A DNA stretch of 64,000 bases from Asterionella formosa (GCA_002256025.1 NKIB01012282.1:1-64000), one strand, 5' to 3'; counted from the first letter of the stretch, positions 33,946-47,700 are shown. The notes: generated by a model from the sequence alone, not told the origin. Made by a program: numbers and translations.

Positions 33946-35958
33946 ATGATGACTGACGGCAATGTCCGAGTCGTGGTTCGAATCCGACCGCTGAGTCGTT
34001 CTGAAGAAGAGCGCGGGTGTCGCCAAGCCATTAGTTCCTTGACGCAGAGTCAGGACGACTTGGGAAAAGCAGCCGCAGGATGTGTAGCAGCAGTACCTGA
34101 AGTACTCGAGGTAAGGCATCTGCAGCAGCAGCAGCATTCCGAGGAAAAGCGATGGTTCGAATTCGATGCCGTCATTGGAGAACAGTCCACTCAACAAGAC
34201 GTGTACATCAAGTCAGGAGCACATGCCTGCGTGTCGGAGGACTTGTTCGCCGGCTACAATGCCACAATTCTTTGCTATGGGCAGACTGGAGCTGGCAAGA
34301 CGCATACCATGGGAAGTACATTTTCAGTACTAGACGACGAAGAGAAAGGCGTGCTACCAAGAGCCTGTGATGATCTATTTCAGACGATATACGACAAATG
34401 CGATGGCAATGCTGAGGTACAACTCAGCTACCTTGAGATTTACAATGAAGAGGTGCGGGACCTACTGGTTCCCGAAAACTCGAGCAAGAACAATAAGGAC
34501 CTCAAAATTAGAGAAACCTTGAATGGGGAAGTCTATGTTTCGGGACTGACGGCGCAGCCTGTGAACAATTCACAGGATATCGGAAACTACCTAGAGATCG
34601 CTTCGAAACGACGGGTCACGGGATCAACTGCCATGAATGCTGTATCCAGTAGATCACATTCCATTTGTACATTGAACATCAAGGGAATTTTGGAAAACTC
34701 ACAAACATTCACTTCCAAGTTGACTTTGGTAGATTTGGCAGGATCAGAGAGGCTCAAAAAGACAGGGGCAGAAGGGAACAGGGCGATGGAAGGCATTCAT
34801 ATAAACAAGTCACTAATGGTGCTGGGACAAGTCGTATCAGCACTAGCTCAACGTCGACGCCAAAGGAAACCACCATACCGAGATTCAAAGTTAACCAGAC
34901 TTTTGCAAGATTCATTGGGGGGAAATTCAAGGACTATCATGGTGGCATGTGTAAGTCCAGCAGATTACAATGTTGAGGAATCAACCAATACCTTACGATA
35001 TGCGACAGCTGCGAGGAATATCAAAAATACAGCGACCAAGAACCTTCTCAAGAATATATCGCAAGAAGAAGCTGCTTTGATGCAGCGGGAGAACCAATTG
35101 CTCAAGCAACAAGTGGCTGAATTACAAGCAGTCCTTAGGAATTTGGGACCTTCGCCACCTAGTTCCACTGTCACATACCTCACAGACGATGAGTCAAGCA
35201 TGACTGATTGGACGGATCAAGAACCACAGAATGAAGTCATTTCTCTGAAGAAACAACTGAATGTTGAAACGTTGGAATTTAGGAAGAGTGCAGAAGGATC
35301 AATTGAAGTGACACAACTCAAAATGGAAATGGGCCAACTTAGGGAACGACTGAAGGAATTGGAAGCTGTGGAAACGGAAAATGAAGAATTGCGACAAGAA
35401 CTTGAAGATGCCATAGCTGATGCTGCAGGTGCTAGAATGGCAGCTACAAAAATGACGGACATTCTGGAACACCTCAGGTCACTGAAGCAAGATGAACTAG
35501 AGCGAAGTCAACTGAAGCTGAAGTACAAAAAGAAGGAACAGGAATGGGTCGATTTCATTGCCAAAATGTTGGATACTCGTGCAGACCAGATCAAGGCTCT
35601 GCAAGAAGACTTTGAATTAGTCATAAGGGTAGTCGAGTCACCTGCAGTTTATCAAATGAAGGAAGGAAAGTCAGGCTGGTTCCGGCGGGCAGAGTACAAA
35701 GAAGTCTACGACCCAGAGCTACGCGAGAAGGTATTGACAGAACACGTGCAATTCTTCAAAGACAGAATGGATGAGATTCAAACTGGTATTTTGGTTCGCG
35801 CTATTTCTCTACAAGGAATGAGAGACAGGCTACAGAACCAGCGTGAACGGATGGAAACAGAAATCGGTGCCACACAAGATGAAGCCGATTCGTTGGAGGC
35901 ACCAGATCAAGATATTTTAGAAAAGTTAGTGGACATGCTGGTAGGTCCAACCATGTAG
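33946..35958 (+). CDS. Kinesin motor protein (kinesin-4-like) with a C-terminal coiled coil
   Basis: VRVVVRIRP, P-loop GQTGAGKT, SYLEIYNE, switch I NAVSSRSH, switch II LVDLAGSER, PYRDSKLTRLLQDSLGGNS. Confidence 0.93.
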   Translation: MMTDGNVRVVVRIRPLSRSEEERGCRQAISSLTQSQDDLGKAAAGCVAAVPEVLEVRHLQQQQHSEEKRWFEFDAVIGEQSTQQDVYIKSGAHACVSEDLFAGYNATILCYGQTGAGKTHTMGSTFSVLDDEEKGVLPRACDDLFQTIYDKCDGNAEVQLSYLEIYNEEVRDLLVPENSSKNNKDLKIRETLNGEVYVSGLTAQPVNNSQDIGNYLEIASKRRVTGSTAMNAVSSRSHSICTLNIKGILENSQTFTSKLTLVDLAGSERLKKTGAEGNRAMEGIHINKSLMVLGQVVSALAQRRRQRKPPYRDSKLTRLLQDSLGGNSRTIMVACVSPADYNVEESTNTLRYATAARNIKNTATKNLLKNISQEEAALMQRENQLLKQQVAELQAVLRNLGPSPPSSTVTYLTDDESSMTDWTDQEPQNEVISLKKQLNVETLEFRKSAEGSIEVTQLKMEMGQLRERLKELEAVETENEELRQELEDAIADAAGARMAATKMTDILEHLRSLKQDELERSQLKLKYKKKEQEWVDFIAKMLDTRADQIKALQEDFELVIRVVESPAVYQMKEGKSGWFRRAEYKEVYDPELREKVLTEHVQFFKDRMDEIQTGILVRAISLQGMRDRLQNQRERMETEIGATQDEADSLEAPDQDILEKLVDMLVGPTM

Positions 35959-36096
35959 TTTAAGAGGGCCACATTGAGTCTCCATGATGTTTGGAACACA
36001 TGAAGTTAGGCATTGTGAAATAGCATCATGGACCCGATGCAGAAATTTCCTTCGTCATTACTGTCAATTGGTAATGCCGAACATGCTCCGCTGGGG

Positions 36097-38109
36097 TCAC
36101 CTTAATCCATTACCGAGTTTCTCTTGTTCCGTCAACGCCTTGACCATACACATGATTACAGCCAGATTGTGCTGCGTGTAGTCGATCTTTGTAAGTTGCC
36201 GATCGTAAATACTCTTTTGAAACGCTCCCAGTATTCGAAAAGGATTCTTCAAAAACATAGCTTGTTCCGGCCTGACCTGAGCTTGAAGCGTGTAGCGAAC
36301 TGCCAGCGACACTGCATTGAAAATTAATTCCTGGTCCGCTATTCTTCCTTGTTCTACAGCCAGGTCGTAGATTGCGCATAGACCTTCCGCCATAACCGCA
36401 GTCGTTTTCACAGATGGATCATCATAAAATATACCAAACTTGTCTCGGTCTTCATCCTCGACAACCCTATCGCCATATTGATAATTCCTTGCGATTTTAG
36501 CTCCCCGCATAGCAAATTCGACCATGCCTTCATTAATATGCCACAATCTCATCTCAGCAATTGAGTACATCATCCACCTGTCATTGATCAAACTTTCATC
36601 ATCAACATTTTCTTCGTTGGCCACCACAAATTCAACTGCTCTAACGGCAACGTCTGACCACGCAGGATCGCTTTTTAAGCCCATTCGTTTCACTGTGTTA
36701 TGGAGTTTCGAGAGGGCGAACGCAGCCTGGCCTGCTCCAGAGGAAAGGTTCAGTTCTTCGTCCAAATCATAATTGTCAATTTGTTGCCTTTGAACTAAGG
36801 AACCATCATGTCGCTGTGCCCCAACGATCCACTGGGCCAAGCCCGTTGACGTGGTGAGATGTGTTGGATCATGTGCTGCATCCATAAATTCGGCAAGCGC
36901 CAATAGTAAAAGTGAATTCATGCCCAATAGAGTAAATTTGGTACCATCCTCAGTTGTGTCTACCACGCATTTTCCTAAATTGTTAGTATCGTAGGGAAGG
37001 GGGCAATCTTCCGTTTGCGCGAGTAGCCATTCAAGTGATTTAACAGTTGCACTGAGTAATGCAGGGTCCTTCCATGTTCGATAACTCGTTGCCATCGAAA
37101 AGGAAGCTGCGGCTTGGCTTAATAAACTGTAACGGCCAAGTTCATTATCTGATCGTGGCTTGTATTGGTATGTCATTTTCCCTGATTCAGTCACAGATCG
37201 AGACAAGAACTTGGCAGCTTCCTTCGCAGCTTCAGTTAAGGTATTTGAATCAAGTGAAGAGAACAACCGATGCCCGTGGTGAAGGGGTAAAGCTTGAGGC
37301 AAATATGCAGACAAGTCGCAAAAGACAGCTTTCGTCTGGAAAAAGTCAATTTGTATTTGTGTGGTTTCAATGTCGTCGACAATCTGTTGGTTGCTTCTCA
37401 CGTCAGGCCATCCCTTGAGGTTCCTTTCTTGTGCGAGTTTGATTAAATGATCCCAGCGGAGGTTCTCTCCAGAATCCATCAAAGCCCGAGCGAACACCTC
37501 GTCAGGAAGAAAAGCCCACCCCTTATCCCAGTCCAACCCAATTCCATACCACCACTCCGACAATTCAGGTTTTTGTTCCACATAGTCAAACGCTTCTTTG
37601 TGAGCAATGCCAACAACAACGTCCACTTTCACCCAATCGTACAAGTGCGCTTCTCTAGGCAATTTTGCAGCCGCTTTGCTGAGAGCAATTCTGGGGCTTG
37701 CTTTCGACTTTCCCATGGCAATATGGGTACATCCCATTTCCTCGCTACCTCTCGAGAAGAAGACAATGTACTCGTTGTTACGTGTTCTCGGGGTGTTGTC
37801 AATTAACTCCTTGACGCCTTGAATGTGCAGTACCGACGACGGACTCTTCCCTCCATACAAGCACACGAGGAGCAGCGAGACCGAGATCACAGCGACCAGC
37901 CATGCGAGCATAGCTTGGTTTTGTCTAATATATGTGGACGCCTCCGAGTCAGGAATAGTTTCACTCGTCGCTGGATCCATCTCAGTGTCATGGTCGTCCG
38001 ATTCTGACGATGAATCAGAATTGTCCTTCGCTCCTGGAAGCAGCGGCGGTAGCAGCTGAACTGGCTCACGACGCTTCGGAACTTTCGACACGAAGGTTCG
38101 CCGTCTCAT
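36097..38109 (-). CDS. Type II membrane protein with a bacterial-like alpha/alpha-toroid domain, function unknown
   Basis: Intact intronless ORF from MRRRTF with one TM helix (AMLAWLVAVISVSLLLVCLY). Motifs WVKVDVV, AFLPDEV, GKMTYQY, LGMNSLLLLAL, GAFQKS...KIDYTQHN. Confidence 0.75.
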   Translation of the reverse strand: MRRRTFVSKVPKRREPVQLLPPLLPGAKDNSDSSSESDDHDTEMDPATSETIPDSEASTYIRQNQAMLAWLVAVISVSLLLVCLYGGKSPSSVLHIQGVKELIDNTPRTRNNEYIVFFSRGSEEMGCTHIAMGKSKASPRIALSKAAAKLPREAHLYDWVKVDVVVGIAHKEAFDYVEQKPELSEWWYGIGLDWDKGWAFLPDEVFARALMDSGENLRWDHLIKLAQERNLKGWPDVRSNQQIVDDIETTQIQIDFFQTKAVFCDLSAYLPQALPLHHGHRLFSSLDSNTLTEAAKEAAKFLSRSVTESGKMTYQYKPRSDNELGRYSLLSQAAASFSMATSYRTWKDPALLSATVKSLEWLLAQTEDCPLPYDTNNLGKCVVDTTEDGTKFTLLGMNSLLLLALAEFMDAAHDPTHLTTSTGLAQWIVGAQRHDGSLVQRQQIDNYDLDEELNLSSGAGQAAFALSKLHNTVKRMGLKSDPAWSDVAVRAVEFVVANEENVDDESLINDRWMMYSIAEMRLWHINEGMVEFAMRGAKIARNYQYGDRVVEDEDRDKFGIFYDDPSVKTTAVMAEGLCAIYDLAVEQGRIADQELIFNAVSLAVRYTLQAQVRPEQAMFLKNPFRILGAFQKSIYDRQLTKIDYTQHNLAVIMCMVKALTEQEKLGNGLR

Positions 38110-38320
38110 GATGGACGCTCCTCTGCATTCAACGCCAAGGAGACATGGAACGTGGTGAGCGACGCAAGCATTGCATCTTCCGTTCAGTTGCACGGATGCA
38201 CTAAATGCAATGATAAATTATTTTTGGCGTCGTAGGAAATGTATGTTTCTTCTACCCTCCAACCCTGTTTGGTCTAGACGTCTATGTATAATAAGTACTG
38301 GTAAATGCAAACAGACAGAC

Positions 38321-38490
38321 AGTACCTGGTACCTGGTACCTGGCACGTAGGAGTCCGTACGGTTTACGATTGTTACCAGGTACCGGTACCAGGTCCCTAA
38401 CATACCGGTAGTTAGGTAGTACCAGTAGCTTGTAAGTAGCATACCAATATGAATGATGGCACCTGGTACCAGGTACAGGTCGTACCTGCA
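38321..38490. repeat. (GGTACC[A/T])n self-complementary heptamer array
   Basis: AGTACCTGGTACCTGGTACCTGG at 38321, TACCAGGTACCGGTACCAGG near 38374 and ACCTGGTACCAGGTAC at 38461. Confidence 0.85.
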
Positions 38491-41400
38491 AGTTGCGGTA
38501 ATTTGCTGAAAAACTAAATATTTAGCTATCTTTATCCGAGATTAAAACCGCAACTTGCTTGTAGTCTGTCTGTCTTGTCCTTCTAAATTTCTAAACCTGT
38601 CGTAATGTCACGAAATCTAGCCCAAAGGAGTCCCTGACTGCATTTTTGCTCTGCTAAATACTACGAACGTACCCGAAAATAAATCAACTCTCAGCGCAAC
38701 CTTTTATGGCCATACATATAGTCGTAGCTGTGTACTGCACTGGTAGTTAACTAGCCCCTTCGACAAAGCTCGCGATGTACATATACCGGGTACTTGTCAC
38801 ATTCTATGAGCGAGCGGGTCGTCAACATAGATGGTAAGGCCCCGTCTTTGCGATGCCCGAATTACGAAGATTGAGTCGCCCGGATACCTAATGGGTGTTT
38901 ACTCTTCGTATTTTCGTCCCTGAACGGCTACATAACTCGCATTTTCCCCCCGAGTACGAGAATTACCGGTAATCTTCGTTCGACCGAATATTTCTTGGGT
39001 CATCCCCGATTTTGACCCATCTTTTTTATTTTCTTGAAGAATCTTCGTTTCCCGAAGATTGATCGGGCAAACGAAGATTGTCTCCACCAATCAGAATAGC
39101 GGTAACAATATATAATCGTCATCACATTGACTGATGATATACCGGTAGTACCGGTAGTCGATACTTCTATTATTATTTTTATTTTTATTATTGTCTTTAT
39201 TATTGGATATTATTAATAAAATTATCCTTACATTCAATATTTTTATTATGATAATAATAATAATTTGTAACATGACGACTCTGCTAACACTATTTCTAAA
39301 TAACTGTGGGAAGTCCACCTATTTCAAAGCTTGGGAGATTTTTCACTCAGGTAGCTATGACATCCATTGCATCTTTGCGTTTCGATTTTTTGTTGGGGGC
39401 ATGGAGATTTTCTCAATCATAGAAACTTAATAATACTGTAATTGTTTCTTGCTTCATGATGCAACCATGGATAGGAAACCCTTTATGATTCATGGATGGT
39501 AAAATATCTGCTTGATGCAAGCTGAGCAACAATCCACATAACCCTACCCAATCATTCTGATACCCAAAAAATACTTGACAAATCTTCACACTTGCCAACA
39601 AGGCAGCAGCACACATGATAGAGGGCTCACAAGTAACATACATTACACAGTGCATCGAATACTCAACAGTGAACAATTTGCCACATCCCCAACCATATGT
39701 TCTTGAAACTACAGTATTTGCATCCCCCACCAACTGTGCCAAGTATTGTTGTGTCTCGCAAATGTGCAGAAAAGTGTGGGCAGAACCAACAGATCATCTC
39801 CATTCTCGCACCCAGATTAAATAGAACACACCACCACACCACAGCCGACAGCACCTATATATAATCTAATACACATCCCAGCTATCATTGAAGAGAAGAA
39901 ACTCACCATTGTTTGCCCACTGATTTGCGCACCACTGACCTCGAAAGCAAGCTCAACTGGCCAAGGAGAGACAACAAAGATGTGAATAAGTAGCTAGTGC
40001 CACTGACACACTGCTGGCTGTATTTCTCAATTTCCGCTGTATACTACTAAGTACATCATGAATATCATACAACTGTGATAAAAACAATAGAGTTATGGTC
40101 TAGTAAATATAAATGAAAATATAAAAAATCAGTTTCTTCTGCCCAACCATTATCGCAACCAATTTAATTATCAATTCAATATTAGCTGTAGGCTAGAATA
40201 AACTCAAAATTCATCTCGTTTCACATAAAATTTCCGTAGAGTAGCATAATACAATGTGGCTACGATGTAGTAGGTACAATAAGAGCAGCCAGTCAAATGA
40301 ATAATCCATTTGATAAAAATATATAAATATTCACTACTTTTGAGGAGCATAGTGCCTCTAACAAACTTTTCTTCTTTGATCAGCAAGTACCTCAGGTGCA
40401 AGCTAGAGCCGCCGCTGTCGCATACATATTGCTGTGGGGAGCGTTGTGGCTGCTGATCTGGAGGGGATGGAAGATTGGCTTGGTCATTATCATTCCCAAA
40501 CTTCTCAATGCTACTAGCTACTATGCTGACCATGTTAAGACCATGAGCTGACAGTAAGAAGAACTTCAGGTCTTGTTGAACGCTCACAAATATATGCAGC
40601 TCTTGCTTGCCTTAAGAGAAAATAAGTTGCCTGGTGCAGAAAAGATCATTGCTCAAAAAAATTCTGGTGTAGTATTGTGTGACCCTGTTGGAATCTCCAT
40701 GTACTATGGTGCTTGTTCCATCATTCGAAAAATTGATCTTCACTCTAATTTCAGTCTATCCCCCAGAGCTTCTTGTCAGGGGTAAGTAACCGTGGATCAA
40801 GAAGGCGAAACGGTCTCACAATGCCTGGTTGTTCATTAACGATAGACTTCAGCCCTTGCTGTCCTGGCGGAGAATCTTTTCAGGAACCTGCAAACCCCTC
40901 CTTGGTGGGATCTGCAAAGAATTTCCATCGTAGCAATACAAAGAATAATCTAACCCTTCTGTTGACAAGCTTGTTGGTGTTCTTGTTCAAGGAGTGGTCG
41001 AGGCAGCTGACCAGCCCTTTATTCCACCTTCTTGTTGAAAGCTGTTAACAAAGCATCTGTTCAAGTTATTTGTGAGTTTCTTTCAACCAATTGTTTAAAA
41101 ATCGATGGTCATGACACCACCACAAATGTCATGCTCTTCAATTTCTTGAAATACGGAAACTTTGACTTTCTTTGTCTGATTCATCATCACATGTTACCTG
41201 AGTGACTTTTAGAGTAATCTCACTCAATTTCAGTGAGTGATCAAAATGACGATTACACTGCCTTCCCTTGGGCTTCCAGGGCGTTGTATAAGATCAGTTT
41301 ATTGTGCGTGTGCACATTGGGTGGAATCAATGTCCCTCCTGCCAAAAGAATATATATAATATAATGGTTCCACAGGTGTATCACCAGGCGACTAGTGGTG

Positions 41401-41795
41401 CTGGCAAATCGATGCAACTGCTATTGGACAGAGGGAGTACATACTAGTAGTTGTTACATCAGCCAGGCACGACATAAAAAATACAATTGTAAAAGAATGA
41501 TAGTATGCAAGACAATAACACTAGTAATGTTGACAATGAAAATTGATGTCGCCCAGCCATCGCAACAACATGATGTCGTGTTTTCTTGCAAGTTGAAAAT
41601 CTTTTTCAGTTTTCAGCCACTTAATGGAAATGGGAATCATATTAAATGTTAATAAATGTTAAAAAGAAACTCCGTCTGCAAATTCCACTAAGTTGCACAA
41701 GCTTTTTCAGTAAATGATACTTTTGCACTTGTATGTAAGATGAATTGACATAACAAAAAATATGATCATATAATAATACTTAAAATGATAATACA

Positions 41796-44700
41796 CACCT
41801 TTTAGCCAAGTACAAAGGCAAGTTTAGGAAAGACTAACATAATAATACAGCGAATATTACGAAAATCATAGTATCATAGCTACGGAGGTTTCCGGGATAT
41901 GATAGTTATTTATAGATCCAAAACGACTGGTTCACCATGACAAAAGGAGCAAAGTAAACCGTTCCCGCTATGGATCCACGACACATCAGCACCATCGGAC
42001 AGATCAACGAAGGAGTGTTGAAATCAGAAAGAAAAAGGATGCAGAAAGAAGCGGAATTGGAACAGCAGAGGAAAAATCAGGTTGACTACAAGAATGAAAG
42101 TTACAATGGTGCCAATGTAGATCTTGCATTTGATCAAACAATGACAATGGGACAATTTTTGGACACAGTTACTACGCACTTGGAACACCGGACGAAAGAA
42201 CACAAGAGTAACAGAGACAAGACAAGAAAGAAGCAAAAAATCACTATATTTTTGACGAAAATGAGCTCATTACAAGAAAACGAAGAGGAATATAAGAACA
42301 GTCATTTGCATCTCGACAAGGAAGGACATGAAGATGAAGAGGCTGAGCTGGAAATAACCACTACAGCAGAGAGAAAAAAGAGGAAAAAGCGAAGCGGGAT
42401 AATGCAGAATACTATGAAAGCGAGGGGCAGCAGGATGCAGAAATGGAGGAGCAGCAAGGAGATGAAATCTTGAAAATCAAAGGTTATTTCTACATGGATT
42501 TAGAGGAATCGGGGACTCCAGAAACATTGCAAACCAAACCAGCAGCAAAGTCGAAGCCAGCGGAAGGTGTGACAGGAAAATAGCAGTAAGCATCAGAAGA
42601 GTTCCCTCCGATTCAGCCAGTCACCACAGCGGCGCAACCAATCAAAGACGTAACAGCTACAGGACCCATGCAAAAGCCAATGGTTGGATGGAAGACAAAA
42701 GTACGAGGAATTATACCCCCGAGACAAAGACTTTGAGGCACAAATCAAAACGTTCAAGCACAACTTAGAATGTTAGAGTATATGAAAAACACGGATGTCA
42801 CAGTGAGGATGCTGACACTTGCTTCTTGACCATGGAACCGTGGAGCTTCCAGCTCATGCGGTATTTAAATTGAACTCTACAGACCAAATCAGCTATCTTA
42901 AAATCAAAGAAGGAACTAAGCGTCAATACATTGATGCATACATTCATGTGAAATCACAAAAAGGATATGCGGCAATGAAAAGAGCTATACTAGTACCATT
43001 TTTGAAAGATAACAGGATGTTTTTGGATGAATATACTTTAGAAAGCACGGAAGATGTTCAAGTGGGGTGGTTATTTTGAAAAAAATGTTTCATTGCCTCT
43101 TTAGAAAAAACGAAAGAGTGGATCGATAGCTTACTTGGAAAAGAATTAGCCACAACAACTCTTGACTATCAAATTAGAAGCCAAGGGATCAAATCCGCGA
43201 AATTTGGCATCGAAGTGAAAGCATACGCATATGGAATCAGTGCTAGCAAGTCCACAACCCGAAAGACCTACAATGTGGCAAAGAGCAACTCATTGCAAAT
43301 TACGATTGGCACAGAGATTTTATTACTGGAAACTGAGGATGAAATCATAGAAATAGCAAGGCTGCTAAATGAAGTGGCAGAAAAACAAGCAGCATATGAT
43401 ATTGAAATGAAAACTGTGAATCGAGAGTTAGGCACCATGTACAAGAGCATCGATGAGCTAATTGGATATCAATTTAAGGCAGCAACAAGTCAGGCGAGCT
43501 TCACAGATTCCTCAATTTCTGACCTACGCACTCAAGCAAACGAGACAACTACAAGGCTGTCAGAACTTAGTTTGACAATTCAAGAGTAAGTGAGACTAGT
43601 GGCAGGATCAGGACTTGAAAGATCAAATCTCGTTGCAGAATCCAGGTCAACACCACAGGAAGAAGAACAAGAGCTACAACCTATTCTTATGCAATTGCAA
43701 AGTCGCTCAGATTCCCCCGATGATAGCTATGTAGGCTACTGAAACCATGGAAAGAGATGATCAAGCACAATGGCAAATCGCTCGACAAGCAATTAGGAAA
43801 GCAAGAAAAAATATGGCAAAAAATGAGTTGCATCAAGAGCCACCACTGCCTCTAGAAGACTCGGACAGCACTGACATGGAGGAATTCGATTCTACTATAA
43901 GTGCTGCCGTTTGTTCAGGAATGGAGACAACACAAAGGGTAGTAGGAGCACAAATAAGAGCCGCCAGATCTCTCCAAAAGGCGACACAAAATATGGACCA
44001 CCATTCCGGCTTAGAAATAACTCAAGAAAGAGAAAATCAAGACCCAAGCCGATCATCCCAAAACCCAGGAATAAAATGATGGAGAAAAATCTACCCAATT
44101 TGTGGTTATTGTTATCAAAGGAGTCAAAGGGAGATGAAGAAGAAAAACAAAAGAAGGCCCTTCAGAAGCCAGCAGGCGTAGATAGTCAGGAGAAGAGGAG
44201 TGCGGTAGACCAAGGTAACAAGGTGCTTCTACCATCAAGCAGAAGACAAAAAGCAGGGAAACATCAAGAATTTCAAGAACTAAGGGAAGCAACAGGGAAC
44301 AAAATTCAAACCAGATAACTCCAAGCAGGGAGACAGGCTGATATGTCCCTAGACACATGGGGGGATGAAATGATACAGGTTCAAGATAATACATTCAGAG
44401 TATATTTTCAGGTTATACAAGGTCTATACCTCATCAGGATGTCTAAAAACTTGACATACTGTTTGGAAACAATGAAAGCATCCCAAGCTAGCCTGTTTGA
44501 GTGAAGTGAAACAAACACTAATTGGTTGAACCCTCCTGGCACAAAGGAAGAATTTAGAGAGAGAACAATAAGAGCACTTCAAACTGCAAAATGAAAATTT
44601 TCGACAAGCGAGCTGCCCTCAAGCAAGCTGAAACTATAGACTGGCACGGCAATGGGGATCACAGGAAAATGGTGTGGCAGAGCGGAGCAGGACTTGGGAG

Positions 44701-47700
44701 AATATCCTTCAGGTATGGGACGTTGGAGTTATGACTTTAAAAGGCAAAAAATCAGTTGCAATCACAATCATCACAGCATACAGAGTGTCTCAAGTATCAA
44801 TACCTCAACATGGGGATTAAACAACATATCACCAACAACATATGTTAATGTCAAGACAAGGGATAAAAAGTCCAAACCCAAGGGGACAATTTGTTCCAGA
44901 CATAATTATTTTCATCAAGAAACAGCAGAGGAAAGGCAGGGAAAAAATTTTGATGATTAATGCCAATGAGGAAATTGGAATAAACTCCAAGGGAATCGCA
45001 ACACTGCTAAGTGAATGCTCATTGACAGATTTACTACAACACAGGCATCCTACGTTACAAAGCCCAGCCAGTTACATATAACAGGGGTACAAAAACAATA
45101 GATTATATATTGGGAACATCACATTGCAATGAGGCAGTGGAAAGGTGTGGGATGCTTCCTTTTTATCATCACATGCAAGCAGACCATCGAGCAATATACA
45201 TCGATTTTCATGCAAACAAGTTAGTATCTAGGAGGAAACCAACATGAAATCGCAGCATTCAAAAATAGACAATTTCAGTCTACAAATCCAGAAGAATGCA
45301 GGAAATATCTTATGGCAGTAAAACAAAATACTGGAGAATTCATAAGATTATGGCAAGGATACTACTAGATGCATTAGAAGGGTTAAGTGCAACAAGGGAA
45401 GACATACAGGCTGAATGGGAAAAATTGGATTGCGACATAGTAGGCAGGGTAATGATAATAGGAGAGAATGCAGTGAGGAAACCAATGGGGAAACATTCCT
45501 GGTCCAAGCAATTGAGGAAAGCGGCCTATGATCATCAGAATTGGAAGAGGAGATATAAAATGCATGAATACGCATGGGACAGAAGAGGACGAAGTGATGG
45601 AGGAGGAACTTCACCTCACAGCGGGAATACTCCCAACCGAAAAGAGCATAGGTTGCTCCAAGGAAATACTGTCATCAAAATGCAGGACCATCAAGACACA
45701 ATTAAGAGATGTGCAAAAACAATCGATATCAAATAGCAGGAGGGAACTGGAAGAAGAGCTAGAGCATCTAGAGGGTTATTCTTCCAAAGTGGCCAGAAAG
45801 AAAGAAGAAGACTCAGAGCCAATTTGCAAGCAGAGTACTCCAAACCCGGTTTTCAACGCTAAAAAGGATTTTTAATCCAAGCAAAGCTGGAGCATTATCA
45901 AAGGTTCTAGTCCCTACAATAACAGTAGAAGAATCAATCACAACATGGACTACGGAATTCGAGGTAGAAGCCCTGGAACAGGCATTACTCAAGCACTGCC
46001 ATTCCCATTATCGAAAAGCAGCCATCACGCAATTTGGGCATGGATCAATGAAATATTTACTTGGGTTCAACGGGCTCACTGAGGCAGCAGATCAAATTTT
46101 GGAGGGGACATTATTTCATAATACAGACAAGGAATGCTTTCCAGGCGTCAGAGAGTTTGTTGCGGCAATGGCGATCCCATAGGAAATGAAAGACTTAGCT
46201 CCGCTGAACACACCGATTAAATTGGAGGATTTTACCAATGGAGTCAGAGAATGGAAGGAATCAACGTCTACTTCTGCAAGTGGGAGGCATTTAGGACACT
46301 ATAAAGTGGCTCTACAGGATAAAGAACTTTCAGAAGGGTACCCAAAATGATAAATATGCCAGTCCGCTATGGGTTCTCTCCAAATAGATGATAAAATGCG
46401 ATGTCAGTACTGTTGGAAAAAGACAAAGGTGACCAAAGATACACAGACTCAGGATTTTACATTTGTTTGAAGCAGACTATAATTTATTTTTGAAACTGAT
46501 TTGGGGATGCCGCATGATAGTAGGAAGAGCAGAAAAATCGGGGTCTTTATGAGAAGAAATGCAAGGATTGGGAAAAAAAACAGAAGTACTTTGGATGTGT
46601 TATTTAAGAAAACATTGACGTTCGACATAGCAAGACAACAACGATCTAATCTGGCGCTATTTGACAATGATGCTGCATGCTGCTATGATGGAATACTTGT
46701 AAATCTGGCTATGCTTTGTTCCCGGAGGTTTGGGTAACTACCCATGGAGGCTATACTGGCTCACTCGGAGAATCTACATCTGATGAGCAAAATACACGAT
46801 GAAAATTGTGTATAGAACCTCCCAGAGCTTTTATCGAAGTACAGATCAAGAACAGTTAGCGGGAACAGGTCAGGGGAGTGGCGCCTCCCTGTTGGCCGTG
46901 TGGCTTTCAATATGCATCGTTTTATTAATAGCCTATAAAAGGAATGCGCCAAGCAAGGAGCATGAGGTACATTGACCCAACTGGGAGAATCACATCAGAT
47001 CGAAATGCGGATTCATTCGTAGATGGTACACGGAAAGGTTTCAATGACGAAAAAAAGCACCAATGGATATCATCACAATTGGATATCATCACAATGCTGA
47101 ATATGCTCAGAGAATGTGCACAACTTTGGGAAAATCTGCTTTTCTCCTCAGTTGGAGCATCGGAAATATCGAAATGCTACTATCAAATGATGCACTGGCA
47201 TTGGGATCAGCTAGGGTATCCAAGACTCACAGTTTTAAAACAAAGCAAGTTGGATCCAACTCCAGAGGAATATGAGGTTGGTCAGAAACAAAAGTATGCA
47301 ATGAAAATATTTTCAGAAAGAGATACAGAGAGAAGAGATGCAAGTCAGGCACATCACTTGATCTGGGCAGCCCAAATGATGTACTCAATACCAGTGATGA
47401 GCATGACCCAAACTCAGTTAGAAGGAATCCAAAATAAAGAAAGAAGAGCCAGCCTAGGCAAGATGGGCTTTAGTCAGAATTTTCCGAAAGCAGTAGTATA
47501 TGGACCACTCACCACAGGAGGGCTAAAAATGGTGGAATTAACAATTGAACAGGGCATATGCTTGACGGAAAATTTCCTGTATCACAAATATGCACAAGAT
47601 GAAGTTGCAAAATTGATGGATATGTCACTAAGAATTAGTCAATTGGAATCAGGGAGCGAGAACAGAAAACATTCTATCAATTGGAAAGGTGGCCATCCCT

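Noticed and set aside
40573..41300. Coding-like decayed sequence upstream of the LINE
   Set aside because: No recognisable domain in the frames I translated.
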